A stretch of DNA of 64,000 nucleotides from Eledone cirrhosa (GCA_964016885.1 OZ024745.1:81654001-81718000), one strand, 5' to 3'; shown: positions 26,035 to 40,545, counted from the first letter of the stretch. The notes: generated by a model not told the origin, from the sequence alone. Numbers and translations are program-made.

Positions 26035-26362
26035 CATCAACATCATTTTTATGTCCATTTTTCCATGCTTTTCCAGTGTAGCATCCTTCACTCGACACAG
26101 TCCTTCATCAACTTGACTGTGAGATTCAGTGATTTGAGATCAGTTCTCACCTCTGTCCAGGTCGTCTTTGGTCTCCCTTGACTGCAGCTCCCTTCCACTG
26201 GAATTTCTTGGCACTTCTTCACCCATCAATTATTATCCATATACATCACATGACCATGCCAGTGCAGTCTTCTCTCTTGAGTATTACATCTGATTCCTTT
26301 TAGATCCAACTTTTCTCACAGCTTACCCATGCTTTGTCATTCATGCACATTAACATTGCATG
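26035..26362 (-). mobile_element. Decayed RTE 3' fragment
   Basis: Minus strand contains RRLHWHG and GRPKTTW-like codons and an ATG-repeat tail. Confidence 0.7.
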
Positions 26363-27347
26363 TAGCCATTGCCATTACTGCTGCAGTGGCTTTGAGATTC
26401 TAGGCTTTGGTTTACTGATGGGTGTGAAAGGACAAGCTTAAAAATGTGGTTTTAGTCACAATGGCATAAGGCTACATATTTGCAAGGAAGTAGAAGTGTA
26501 GTTATACAACATAATTCATGACTGCTAATCATGTTTGAATTAACAGATTAACTGATGTTTTATGCATAAGAAATACAATAAACCAATAGTACTGACATTT
26601 ACTAAAATTGACATCTTAGTTTTAATAAACCATTTTTTCTATTATATATATATATACATATACACACACACACATATATATATATGATTATTACATTTTA
26701 ACACAAGAGCTTTATAAGACATTTCTATGTTAACAGTTTGTTGTTTATACCTAATTAAATAAAATGAATAATCACTGCCAAGCTACTAGCTGAAAGAAGA
26801 TTAAACAGTAGAATAAATTTTATGCCACAAGGAGAAAGAAAAGTCTAATATTTTGGACAGAACCATTCATCACAGACTTCATCATATGAATTCTTGTTTT
26901 TCCGCATGGCATAACATTTATCCCAGAATATGAACTCCTTGATAATGCAGATCAGAACTAGTTTCCCTGGAGACCACTTTACTATCAGATAAGTACCCGT
27001 GATTTGCATTCTGCATCTAAGGTGCAAACTTACATGAAAATGAAGTTTTCAGTGTTATTCCATGTTGGGCTACAGATTTCATGAATATTTCTACAGATTC
27101 AACATCATTAGTAAGCAAGGTAGATAACTCTATCTGCCTCGGTCTTATTGGGCACTCCTTACTTTTGTAGATAAACAAGTGACAATAGGAAAATATCCTC
27201 ATTTGCTCTATTAAAATACAAATGTTCATAGCTTTAGAGAAATATGAATTGTAAAATAGAAAAAGAACTTATTTACTTAAAAGTGTAATTACTTGTAGTT
27301 TTACATGTGTCAATCATTGTGGGTGTCTTCACATTGACCCCATTTAA

Positions 27348-27566
27348 CCCTTTAGCATTTAAACCGGCTATATCTGGCCAGAATTCTCTCACCCTTTTCT
27401 GTTCAAACTGGCTGTAACTGGCCGTTCATACTGACGTTAAGGCATTGTTCTAAAATTAAATAATATCAAAATCTCATAGCTTCAATATTATGAGATAATT
27501 ATGTGGAATAAAGCCTTTACTGTAAAAATACACTAGTAAATATAGAGTAATGTAAATGTTAAAGGG
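27348..27566. mobile_element. piggyBac-type MITE, inverted relative to 4671-4878
   Basis: TTAA|CCCTTTAGCATTTA ... TAAATGTTAAAGGG|TTAA; the internal sequence is homologous to the first copy. Confidence 0.85.
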
Positions 27567-28371
27567 TTAAAGCATGTGGTGACGATTGTTGTTGCGGTGT
27601 ATTGGCTCAACAAACACCAGTAGGACATATCATACAAGTATGGGCTGGCTTCAGTATTTGGGCATCTGGTCATAGAAAACTGCATCCAACCCTTGCCAGC
27701 ATGGAAATATGGACATAAAGGCCTGAGGAAGGGGGAAAATCAATTACATAAACCTCAGTAAATAACTGGTAATTTATGGACTCCAGAAAGATGAAAGACA
27801 AATTTGATATTGGTGGGATTTGAACACAATGTAAGGAGCAGAAAACTGCTGCAGGGCATTTTGTTTGACACTAACAATTCACTTAATAGGCTTTTATTAT
27901 AAAGAGACAATATAAGCTATTTTTAATAGTCACATCTCAAATCGTGATAACTGCTGCTCACATTTATTACATCTGAATTACTAAAGGGCCTACATTTAAA
28001 GACCATTATCTACTTAACTATTGGTCCATAAGTTGAGTTTATACATGTCTGCAGTTTTTTTTAGAGTCAGTACTGAAGCGAGTCAACTGACTTCCAAGAC
28101 AGGTTGGTGTAATATTATTTGTTTAAATCTAACTACAAGTTTGACAGCAATATTCAATAGTGGTTTTTATAGAAGTTCATAAAGAGATTACAACTAAATT
28201 AGATATTGATTCAATCACCCCAAGTGTCAACACTAGTATTGAAAAAAAAAACAAAAAACATTTTAATTTACAGCTCACACCTATGTGGGTTTAACTGGTC
28301 TCATATGAGGTTTATTGAGTGTTTTAATAATAGAGCCCTATTTTTGTTAGCAGGAAAAATTAATGTTAAAT

Positions 28372-29905
28372 GATGGTGAGAGCTATACAAGCCATGTATA
28401 AAGAAACAGTCAGCAAGGTTAGAATTAACAACGAATATAGTGAAGAGTTTAGCGTAAAAGTTGGTGTTCATCAGGGCTCCGTTCCTAGCCCCCTACTATT
28501 ATTATTGCCCTTCAGGCTATAACAGAGGAGTTCAAGATCGGCTGCCCATGGGAACTCCTATACGCAGATGATCTAATGCTCATAGCTGAATCAATGGCTG
28601 AACTAGAGAAGAAATTCCAAACATGGAAGCATGGTCTAGAATCAAAAGGCCTTAAAATTAACTTGTCTAAGACTAAAGTTCTAGTTTGTAGGAAGGAAAA
28701 TAGGGCACTGGTCCCATCTAGTAAATGGCCATGCTCAGTGTGTAGGAAAGGAGTAAGCAGAAACTCCATTTTATGTCCCAAATGCATAGTATGGGTGCAT
28801 AAAAGATGTAGTGGGATCAGAGGTAAGCTAACTAAGAATATAGATTTTATTTGTGGCCGGTGCTCAGGTGCAATAAGTAGCAGCAAGTGCCCACAAAATA
28901 CTAGCTCATTCCATTGCACAGATGGTCCTATAGAAATAGTGGACACCTTCCATTACCTGGGTGACAAAATCAGCAGTGGTGGAGGGTGCTCTGAAAGTAC
29001 AGTAGCTTGAGTCAGAATAGGATGAAAAAGTTCAGAGAGCTTATACCACTATTGGCCGCTAAAGGGTTCTCTCTAAAAATGAAAGGCAGGCTGTATAATG
29101 CCTGCATACGAACAGCAATGTTACATGGCAGTGAGACTTGGGCATTGTGTGCAGAGGATATACGCAGACTGGAGAGGAACGAAGCTTGCATGCTCCGCTG
29201 GATGTGTAATAGTAATATACGTGAACGGCAAAGCATAAACAAACTAAGGGAGAAATTAGGAATAAGAGGGATCAGATGTTGTTTACTCGAGAGAAGACTA
29301 CGTTGGTACGGTCACGTGATGCGCATGAAAGACGACAGCTGTATAAAAAAGTGCAGGGCGATAAAAATAGACGGTAGCCATGGAGTAGGCAGACCCAGAA
29401 AAACCTAGGACGACTTGATAAATTCCGACCTCACACACTTACACCTCTCCAAGTCAATGTCACTGGACCGAGATCTTTGGCGCTACACAGTAACACAGAA
29501 GACCCGCCTTGCCTAAGTACAAAGCGAAACCTACAGTCAGTAGGCACCTCTAACAAAAATACACCCCCGTCCCACTACCCCCCACCCCATCCATACCACC
29601 CCTTTCAATGTAAAGTTATGTTGGTACCACAACATCCAGTCCGAAATAAATGAGGTCGTGTAGGTGTCACGACAAAAAAACACAGTCCACGCTGAAATGT
29701 GGCCGTGTAGGTCACACAGTAAAAACCTCCCAGCCCACACTGTAAACGTAGTTGGTGTTAGGAAGGGCATCCAGCCGTAGAAAACCCACTAGACAGTCCT
29801 ATACGAGCAAGACAACCAATCTTGCCTCAAGTGGGAAAATTCCCGTCCAAACCCATGCAAGAGTGGAAGATGGACGTTAAACGATGATGATGATGATGAT
29901 GATGA
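28372..29905 (+). mobile_element. 5'-truncated RTE LINE
   Basis: YADDL, the Cys-rich insert, RLRWYGHVMR and an (ATG)n tail; same subfamily as 2390-3798 in the opposite orientation. Confidence 0.92.
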
Positions 29906-32099
29906 TATCGTTTTTATGCCTGTTTTTCGATGCTGGTACAGGTTGGACAATACTTTTTTGAGACAATATTCTATGTCCAAAGTTTCTTCTTCACATCAGC
30001 CCTCATTTTTACATATAGTGTTTATTCCACTGATCTTCACATGTAAGTATATAGTCATCAAAATAAATACATATATAATTGTAATTGGGATGTACAAAAT
30101 GCAGGGGGACAAATTTTCATTAATTCTATTTTATTGTATTTCATGGGTAAATTGCAATAAATTGCACTATAAATATTATTAAAACAGAGACAAATAACCA
30201 AGTTTTAGGAAAATAGGCTATAGAAAAGTAGTTTGCAGACCACATGTTTGAGACCTCCTGGTATATGGGGTTTAGAGGATGGATCAAAATTTTGAATCAA
30301 TATTGAAAATATTAACTTATAGCTATCTTATCTTAATCATGTTTTACTCTATGCTTCACAATGTCTCCCTTACTCTAGAGTTTACAGAAACTGTAAATAT
30401 TTTAAAAATATATTTTAAACAAGGATATATTGAATGATGTAGTTTTAGATACCCAGACAAAATAGAGATGATCAGAGCCTGAATGTCCTTGATCATAGCT
30501 CTGTTCGGTTAAGGTTAACCCAGGGGTCAACAGCAACAAGAACACACACACAGAGCTGTGCTAACATGAAAGCAGGCATAGCCATACATGGCATCTTCAA
30601 CAAGTGTTTTTTTTTCCACCCATAATCCCGAAATTTGGTTATGGAAGCACGTCGGATCAACTTTAAATGTAATTCAAAGGGCCAGTTATATTACATTGAC
30701 TCTACATAAGGGTTTGTGTTAATAGTTTGAAGTGGCGACACTTATGTAATATCAGGGTGTCAAAAAGAATCAGGGGGAGGTAATCACTGCAAGGATCGGC
30801 TGAGAAATGTTTTAGAAAAAGAAACTGTTCAACTGCATTATTAGCTACGGTTAACTTTGCCTTTCATCCTTACGGGGTCGATAAAATAAAGTACCAGTAA
30901 TGCACTGGGTATTGCTGGCCTTGTGCCTAAAGTAGAAACAATTATTAGCTACGAAAGATTTAACAATCTTACTGATTTTATTTTCACCCTTCACCCCATC
31001 GGAAGTAAAATAAATAATAGTAATACAATGATGATTAAAAAAAACTCGGAAAAACTGTAAATAATTATTTTAAATAGTGAAGTGTACCTAGTCACTTGAA
31101 TAAATATGTGGCATCAATTCCACAAAAATAATTTTTGGCTTAGCTCATGTAACTATATTTCTAATTAGTATTCTTTTTACTGAGTAAATAAACATCATTT
31201 GTGTATAAAAAATAAATATGATTATTTTTCTTCCAATTAATATTTATAGCAGTTTTTCCTTCTGAAAAATTTAAACGATTCTAGTAGTTTTTTATTATCT
31301 GCCCCTAGTGTGTATTTATTTACAATATTTCACTACTACATAATTCAGCAGACGAGGAAGCCTCTACATCGTTGTTCCACTGGCTAGAAATTGTAGCCAA
31401 ATATCCCTCAAATCACACACACCGTCTTAAAAAAGATAGATAATGTAGTCCTAGATAAGCGGGATGGTCACAACTGGAATGACTTTCAACATGGGTCTGT
31501 CTGCTTGATCACGAATTAGACAACAAATAGTTACTGGACGGAATTTGAAGTGGTTGCTTGACCAACTAGAAACAGCCGCCAGATTTCTCTTAGATCCTAC
31601 CTCCACCGTCTTTCTATGGGTATCTAGATATCCATAAGAAGACAAGTTGATCCCGTATGTTCGATTAGATTTGATATGAGGTTAAGCATCAATTTATGAC
31701 TTCAGAAGTTTGCTGTTCCGTGAGATATGGCATATTTTAATAACATTTATTAGGAAATTAATGATTTCTTTTATATGAATAAATTCTCTCTAATTTTTTT
31801 GTTTCATTTAAATGTTTTAATAACATTTTAATGATTACCCGCAAAATGTAGTCGTATACCACGATTATTGGTAAATCATATAAGGTTTCTTCTGCTTCCA
31901 AATAAGTTTTGTACCAGATTAAAAATATCTAATTTAATACATGATTATTCTATGTATGAACATTTTTTCGCAGCTGTATAAACAACATTACAAATTGTTC
32001 ACAAAGAAAATATAAATACAATTAACTATTGCTAGAAACCTCAAATCTAACGCACCAAAATATACGACCAGAGCGAGAGAAAGGGAAACAAAAACGACT

Positions 32100-32830
32100 A
32101 TCAATTCACCACCAAGTGCGACAATCGGCCGCACATCACAAGGGTCAAAGGAAATGCCAGGGGCAAGCCAACGCGCTCACAGCTTACCAAGGGTATGAGG
32201 AGGCTAAGGTGCTGAAAAAACCAGGCACCCTCACGAGCATCACCTGACACCTCAGTAAAGCGAACTGCCAACGATAACAAGAATGTTGCTGTCAGCGGCC
32301 CAACTCCATCAAACGACTCGAGCACCACAGGCTGGAAAAAATAATTGTTTAATAGTTCCATGCGTTTTCAGATTTTATTCCGTTCGGTAACGGAAGCAGT
32401 GACCCTTACATTTACCGCGGCATCCATGATGTGGGAGGGAGCAAAAGAATCACTGACTATGGCGTCCCAGGTGGGACACCTGCCTGTTACCCAGGGACAA
32501 AGGTTAAGGCCGTCTGGTCTCGTCCCATCACTTCTGGATAATTCAGCCGGCTCCAGAACTGAGGGGATATTTACTTGAACTAGGGTCCGCTTAATGATCA
32601 GGTTTAGCTGGGTGTAACAAGGAAAGCGACCAGCATCCAAGCGACAGGACAAACAATGGAGGCCTGTGGAGTAGAGGGACATACCACAGCGACATATCAG
32701 ATCCCCCACAGTTATCGGCTCCTACTCGGAGTGCGATGGAGATGCGAAGCTCGTCTTGATGTTGGCCACAGACAGGGCATCAATCCAGTCCACCAAGAAC
32801 TTTATGCTTGCAGAAAGTAAGCGGCACCTA
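32100..32830 (-). mobile_element. Degenerate CRE-like non-LTR element, restriction-like endonuclease region
   Basis: CRCG...LHCLSC...IPSVLEPAELSRSDGTRPDGLNLCPWVTGRCPTWDAIVSDSFAPSH...FQPVVLESFDGVGP. Confidence 0.7.
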
Positions 32831-32872
32831 GAAATTACTGTCATAATCTGTCTTTCATTACCCCCCCCCCCG

Positions 32873-32874
<2 letters not shown>

Positions 32875-32933
<59 letters not shown>
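32875..32933. repeat. (AC)n microsatellite
   Basis: Direct reading. Confidence 0.95.
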
Positions 32934-32936
<3 letters not shown>

Positions 32937-33926
32937 CCTATAAAATGGTGAAGATGATTTTTAAAAATCCATATTTATTGCATGGATCTTCACAGAATAT
33001 TCAAATCTTGTTCCTATGTAAATAACCAATAATTGACGGGAAGAACGAAAATAAATGTTTTTTGTTGTTTGAAATTAGTTAATATTGTACTTCGAGAGAA
33101 TCGCACGGGTTGTATTTCACTTCAGATTTATAAACCACCTGATTAATTTATTTCATTATTTATAAATTTTGAAATAGAATAATGTTAACAAAATCGTAAA
33201 TGAAATGAATAGTATGAATTCCAAAAAATAACTAATTGCAATTGTGTAATCACGTGTAGTTAAAGATTACTTTTTTTTTTTCAGAAACGAATGCCACCAT
33301 ACATCAATTAATACAACAAACATTTATTTACAAAACGAAAAATAAATGACATTGGAATACTTTCGTCAAAAGCAGAATCAATTCCACGTTATATATATAT
33401 ATATACATACATACATACATACATGCCTGTATTTTCTTTTATTAATCTTTTGATGAAATTTTTTCCCCTGAAATATAAGGCCCTATAAAGAACTGCAAGG
33501 TGACACCCAACATCATTGTTATATTTTTAACATACCATCCAATTAATATCGTGGTAACTTTCAAACAAAATACTATTCTCTGCACTTTACACAACACTTC
33601 AAGCAACCTACATTACAAGTTTCATTATTATTGCAATTCGTTTTTTAATAACTATCACATGCTACCAATTTAAAAGCACGAGAAGAAAATACCGTCTTCT
33701 AGTTCAAGATCTCATGTGCTTAATTGAGCCAGCTCTTAATTTAGACTACTATCAATCGTAAAGTGTATGAACTATGCAAATGTATGATTTCTTAAAATAG
33801 CTTCTGGTTGAGAAAAGTGCATTATTATTAAGTATTTTGCGAGCAGTGGGTGAGGACCTGGGCGGAAGGACGGTAGTAAAGAAAGAGTTATAATAGAAAT
33901 GAAAATTTGGTTTTAAATGTTTCTAC

Positions 33927-34080
33927 CTTGTTGAAAAGCTGTATCACTCTGTGTTACAGGTGCGCGATATACAGCTTTCGATGAATGAAATTGGCATTTG
34001 AAAGAAGCGAAGAAAATATTCTCTTTTCTTGACAGAAGAATGTTTCGAAGCGACAAGGTGAACCCATTAATGGTAGCCAT
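33927..34080 (-). CDS. MRPS35: MRPS35 coding exon 1 (mitochondrial transit peptide)
   Basis: ATG at 34080 gives MATINGFTLSLRNILLSRKENIFFASFKCQFHSSKAVYRAPVTQSDTAFQQ+G, then a GTAGAA donor. Phase 1 matches exon 2, and the Arg/Ser/Leu-rich, acid-poor composition fits a transit peptide. It is missing from the ORF track because it is under 60 aa. Confidence 0.72.
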
Positions 34081-35807
34081 AATAACACAGTTTTACGTCT
34101 GTGATAACAGTCGAAAGTAGCAGCAGCTGAGAGAGAGAAAAAGAGATATCTGTTAGTTCGAATAAGTTATCTACCGTGCCTTTTGCTGGGCGAAATATAC
34201 ATATACACAATATATATATGTATATGTGTATATGTATATATAAATAAATAAATTCTCAACTAACTTAATACGTTATTTACTAACTCAGACTAAGAACTCT
34301 AGCAAAGTTTTAGCATTCATACCAACAGCTAAGACAAAAAATATTAAACATTTATCATGGTTAACATATATCTATTCCAATATTGTAATACTGTGTAGCT
34401 TTAAATATGGAAGGAAAGCTAAAGTTATAAAATCATTGTCCAAGAAGTTTTAAGTCTAGAAGAATTTAGACAATCAGATACGAAGTATTTTGCTATTACT
34501 ATTCCAAATAAACTACATTTATTTTAAGAAAAATGCTCTCGCTCATATATATTGAAAACAATTATAAACAATGAAATAAAGCAATTTGATTGTTATCTGT
34601 TATCCTGTTGATTGAAAAGTCTTGCTTAAATAAAATCCGCTCAGAATATATATATTTTTTCTTCGTCGATTTGTTTTGGAACCACATTTAGAAACAAACA
34701 CACACCCACACATATATATATAAAGTGGATTTGATATTATATTGAACCGTATTCGATAAGGAAGTAAACTTTTCCAGACATGCCATATTAAAAAAGCTAA
34801 TTTATTATAATTGTCAAGAAACCAGAAAAAGACAATATTATTTATTTATTTATTTATTAAAGACTTTTCAATCAACAGGATTACGTATAACAACCCAATT
34901 TATTTATTTCGTTATTAATAATTGTTTCTGATAAAAAAAAAAAAGAATCTATTTATTTGCAATATATACGAATGCAAGTTTTTTGCTTAAAATAAATGTA
35001 GTTTATTTGGAATAGTAAAAGCTAAATACTTCGTATCTGATTATCTCAATCTACTGCCTTATTTCATCCAGACTTAAAACTTCTTGAACAATGATTTTAT
35101 AACTTCGAGTTTCTCTTCCATATTTAAAGCTACTTTATTAGACAATATTTATATATATTAACCATGATAAATGTTATATTTATCTTAGCTGTTAGTATAA
35201 ATGTTAAATATTTACTAGTCTGACATATTTACTAGTATGAAGATGTTGGGAATTTAAAATATATTTTTACTAATACTAAATAATTTCGTTTACTTATTGA
35301 GTTTAAAATAAAGACAAAAAAAGTAAATGTTATATTTACTTTAAAATCATGTAATACAACTGTTCTAGTTTGTGCAGACTCGTTGCTAACAAATTAGTTT
35401 CAGTTAATATATATTAATATTTTATCTGATTACTCATGAATTAAAATTATAAACAAACATATATATAATAGATTTCTAGTGGGAGAACTTAGAACGGAGC
35501 TAAATCCCTATTGAAAGTCAGATTGGTCTTGACCTTCCTACTATGTACCCAACACCGGGCGGGTACATCATATTAGTTAATTTCTCTCTCTCTTCCTTCT
35601 CCTCTCTATCTGTTTTATACATTTATCTTCCTCCTCTGTATCTGTTTCATACGTTTCTCTTTCTCTCTCTTTTACACAGTTCTCTTTGTATCTCTAGTTT
35701 ACACGATTCTCACTCTCTGTTTCTTCACACGGTTTCCCCCTCGGACAGCTTCCGACGTGAACTGGCGAGATTTCGCTAGACTAAAACATTTTTTTGAGTT
35801 TGCTGCC
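34081..35807. promoter_or_regulatory. Divergent promoter/5' UTR interval between MRPS35 and MYPT1
   Basis: 1727 bp between opposing ATGs, with no recognisable TEs. ATTGG at ~35522, GGGCGG at ~35557 and a CT-rich tract at 35580-35730; start sites not determined. Confidence 0.55.
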
Positions 35808-36053
35808 ATGGCGGATGATAATAAGGCGACTGCCTGCTCAAGAAGGATGGAACAACTAAAGCGTTGGGCGGACTCAGATACAAACAGGGAATCGATTGGA
35901 AGTCGAGACCGACCTAAAAAAGTTAATTTTCAGGATGGTTGTGTCTTTTTAGCTGCTTGTTCTAGTGGAGATAAAGAAGAAGTGATAAAACTGTTGGCTC
36001 GAGGAGCAGATATTAACACCGCCAATGTGGATGGTCTTACCGCTCTCCACCAG
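35808..36053 (+). CDS. PPP1R12A: Protein phosphatase 1 regulatory subunit 12 (MYPT1-like), coding exon 1
   Basis: gccATGG Kozak context, MyPhoNE motif RMEQLKRW, RVxF-type KVNF, ankyrin repeat DGCVFLAACSSGD...GADINTANVDGLTALHQ, then a CAG|GTAAAT donor. An invertebrate gene would be co-orthologous to PPP1R12A/B/C. Confidence 0.93.
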
Positions 36054-37390
36054 GTAAATTTTTCACCTACTTTCTCTTTTAATTTAAAAAAAAAATATAT
36101 TTTTATCACCAGATTACGATTATATATATATATGTATATTTCTACATACATCTACAAAAGTTATTTATAAATGTTTGCGATATTTAATGCGATCCGGTTT
36201 CTCTAATGACTGTGTGTGTGTTATAAGTTTGTCAAAATATTTAGTCTTTACTCGTCATATGAGTGGGGCTCCTTGTGTAACTAACTGCGATAGGGTCGTA
36301 TGAAAATGTATATAATATATATATATTTGGAAACATATATGTAAATCTATTTCTACTTCGAAGCGTGTGTGTGTATATATATATATATAATATAATATAT
36401 ATCTTGTATATAGGGGAAGTTTATGTATGTATATATATGGGTTTATGTGTGCATGTTTATATGTATGCATCTGATTATGTATATGTCAATTTATCTAAAT
36501 GTGTTAAGTGTGTATAAGGTTATATAAGGTTTATCAATATATATATGTGTGGTTATATATTTTTCAAAGTGTGTATATACGAATGATCGTGTAAATGTTT
36601 GCTTGTATGTGATTCTTTTCAAAGTAGTATTAATAAAAATGAACTAGTCATTAAACCTATCTGAGTTGATATAAAACAAATACCAGATATACACTGAGGG
36701 CTGATGAAGTTGATTACACCCTCTTTATCAAATATAAGTTTTAGACATCACGGTGGATGACGGTTTTGGAAGACTGTCGGACAAGATGCCATGCAGTGTT
36801 TAGTTACAGCCCGTCACGTTCTCTGAGTTCGAATCCCACACTACCATGTACTGTTGTAGATTTAATTATCATCTGTGCTTTCCCTCAAAATGTCAGGTTG
36901 TTCTAATGTTGGGAATATATCATTTAACAAATATGTTCCTTATCTAATTATTTACAAGTATTATTATTAATTTAGAATAAATATGTTCAATTTCTTTCGT
37001 TCACCATCATGTTAATTTAATTAGTTCTCAACTGTTACAGTTGCGTGTTTATATATGTGTGTGTGTGTATATATATATATATAGGTGTGTGTATACACTC
37101 ACATATATATGGGTGTGTGTGTGTGTATATGTGTATACACTCACATATATATGGGTGTGTGTGTATATGTGTATACACTCACACATATATGGGTGTGTGT
37201 ATACACAAGAATATGTGTATCTTTATTGTTAATAGGTTATTACTGGCTATGTGAGGAGGCAATGAAGATAGTTTTGAAATGTTTGGTCTATCTACTGTTG
37301 CGTGTGCTTGCGTGCGAAAATGTTAAGGAACGATGAGATAATATGGTTCATCCGATAGGCTCATAATGGCTGACAAACACATACATCTTC

Positions 37391-37421
<31 letters not shown>

Positions 37422-37946
37422 GTGTGTAATATGTGAGTGTATTGCTTGCTTTTTACTAAATAGTAATAGTTTGTCCGCCTGGCCTCAAACTTCAGAGAGC
37501 ATGTTTCTTTCTTTTAGCTTCTCTTCAAAATATCCATGTGAATGTTCTACAGTATATTTATACATACCTCTCCATATATACATCTCTCCCAACACGCACA
37601 CGCATATATATGTGTGTGTATATGACCCCCCCCTCTCTTTCTATGTATATATATTTGTTATGGATCTGTCTATATATATGTGTGTGTGTGTTATGGATCT
37701 GTTTTATTAAGTTTTCTAATCCTTTTCTTATTCGATATTCAAAGAGAAGATTGATAGTTTGGGATTATTTCTTTCTCTGTGCTAATGCAAAAGGACCCCC
37801 CCCCCCCCATTATATATATATATATATATATAGGAAGGGGAGGGGGTCCTTTTATAAATATATATATATATATAATCAGCACGTGTTTTACAATACGGCA
37901 ACGATTGAAAATTTTGGAATAGAATTATAAACTTAATTATATTTTC

Positions 37947-37982
<36 letters not shown>

Positions 37983-38945
37983 CCACTAAGCTATTGAGTA
38001 CCTTACTTTATTGGTTCCCTTCCGTTCTCTTTCTTATATATATATGTTCCTTTTCGATTGTTTTATTGGGATCTAACTCACAGTGATTTTGTATAAGATG
38101 TTCTATATGTATATATACAGCGAGGGAACTCCTTGTGTGAATTTCAAAATCGACCTATCTATACTGATATTTATTTAATCATTTAAAAACACTCGCCTTC
38201 AATGTCTAATTTTGGAGGAAGTGTGTACGTTTTTTTGTTTTTTTTACACAGTTAAACTCATTTCGGATTTCGGACTTGTTTTACATGCATCAAAGTATCA
38301 CCGTATCTTTGACATTCCATGGATTTTATTTTATTTTATGTTAGCCAAAACTTTAAATAAATAAATAAATTGTGAAATTTTCTTCTCAAGCGTTATATAT
38401 ATATATATTTAAGTACATGGCCATCAGTATACCAAGGTGAAGAATATAAATTATGTGTGCATATACACACAATCGTTTATGGAGTTTAGGGAGAATTATA
38501 TTATTATAAAATGTTACAATTCTCTAGCTCTTATTTTACATTCGTTCAAATTTTGGAATTTTACCCTATGGATACGTTTTTTCAAAATATTTGCGATTCA
38601 TGCACACACATTGAACTTTAAATTTTCTTGACATTTCTCTAAGTTGATTTCTTATAAAACTTTTTGTATGTATATAAAACTTTGTGTATGTATGTATACA
38701 TGTACACTTTTAGGGGTAGTTTTACAGGATTGATTCTTTTCTATTAGTCTTGCTATAAAAGTGACCAGCTACTATGTATGTATATCTGTGTGTGTATGTA
38801 AATATATATATGTGTGTGTGTGTATATATAAATGTTAGTGTGTGTATGTATATATATATGTGCGTGCGTGTATATATGTATATATATATATATATATATA
38901 TGCCTGTATATGTGTGTATATATGCCTATGTATATGTATATGTGT

Positions 38946-39490
38946 GTCAGGTCGCTCGCTCTTCAGCGCTACTGGTAACATGTAACCCAATACAACCTGT
39001 GCATGGTCGGGTCGTCGATGACTAAACCGGCAACCCCACCAGCTTGGTGGGGTGAGGAGGGTGAATTTGGACATCCTGCGGGATGAAAAAACAAAACTCG
39101 TCAAAGGGCGGAGGAACTCAGCAGAATCCACGGCCATCCAATAAAGTATTTTTTTTTTGTCGAGCGAGAGACTCAGTCTTCATTAAGACATCTCTCTAGG
39201 AGAAGGTCACTCTGATATAAAACCTGCGACTTGTTTGCATCCAATGATGTAGACCAATTCTTTTTGGGCAAATGCATTCGATGTTCAGAGAGTGCGGTTG
39301 GTTCCATTCAAAGCCTTTCCTCACTCAAAAAATCTTCAAGCACAGGTATCACTAGATATGTGACATTCATTGCGATGCATGGCATTGCTGGCCATGGGTA
39401 AGTCCCTAGAAGGACTAAAAAGCCACGTCTGTGATACTCATGCTTAAGTATCAAGCAGTGGTATTACTCGAAATCGTGTTGCAGCCATCA
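38946..39490 (+). mobile_element. Full-5' bipartite non-autonomous RTE derivative (diverged member)
   Basis: The first ~410 bp match the reverse complement of the 9460-9808 UTR. The 3' end (GGACTAAAAAGCCAC...CTCGAAATCGTGTTGCAGCCATC) resembles the 43777-44300 family. Confidence 0.75.
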
Positions 39491-40355
39491 TATGTGTGTG
39501 TGTGTATATAGTAAATGAGTGAAGAATTTATCTATATATATATGTGTATGTATACATACGTATATATATATGTGTGGGTGTGTGTATAAATGTGTATGTA
39601 TACATATATATAAATGTGTATGTATACATATATATATATGTGTATAAATGTGTATGTATACATATATATATATGTGTATAAATGTGTATGTATACATATA
39701 TATATATGTATATAAATGGGTATGTACGCATATGTATGTATACATATATATATATGTACATATATATATATGTACGCATATATGTGTTTATATATGTGTA
39801 TAAATGTGTGTATGTACACATATAATACATATATATATATGTGTATAAATGTGTATGTATACATATATATATATGTATATAAATGGGTATGTACGCATAT
39901 GTATGTATACATATATATATATGTACATATATATATATGTACGCATATATGTGTTTATATATGTGTATAAATGTGTGTATGTACACATATATGTATGTGT
40001 TTATATATGAGTATGTGTGTGTGTATATATGTATATGTGTGTGTGTATATATGTATATGTATGTATGTATAAATGTGTATGCATGTATGTGTATGTATAT
40101 GTGTATATGTATGTATGTATAAATGTGTATGCATGTATGTGTATGTATATGTGTATATATATATGTGTGTTTATGTATGTAGATATATGTATACATATAC
40201 ATGTGTATATGTATGTGTATATACACGTGTATATATGTATACATATACATGTGTATATGTATGTGTATATACACGTGTATATATGTATACATATACATGT
40301 GTATATGTATGTGTATATACACGTGTTTATATGCATATATATACATATATATATA

Positions 40356-40545
40356 TGGTGGCTGCCAACTCGTTTTCAAGTACGGCCACTATCTTATAAC
40401 CATGTAGGAGAACCCTACCGGTCCGCTGAACGAGTATGACTTTTTAGTCCAGCCAGGGACTTGAAAACTCTGGTACAAACACTACACTTGTGACAATTAT
40501 TGACACATAGGGTTGTGCCGATGGTACCATGTGATGACAAGTGCA
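40356..40545 (-). mobile_element. Bipartite RTE derivative, 190-bp 5'-truncated copy
   Basis: Reverse complement of the 3' end of 43777-44300. Confidence 0.85.

Noticed and set aside
25756-27229. Short minus-strand ORFs possibly from a DNA transposase or extra exons
   Set aside because: No recognisable motif, and MRPS35 exon 1 and exon 2 phases already join without them.
38946-39140. HDV-like ribozyme expected at RTE 5' ends
   Set aside because: I could not assemble the nested double pseudoknot by eye; this needs a descriptor search.
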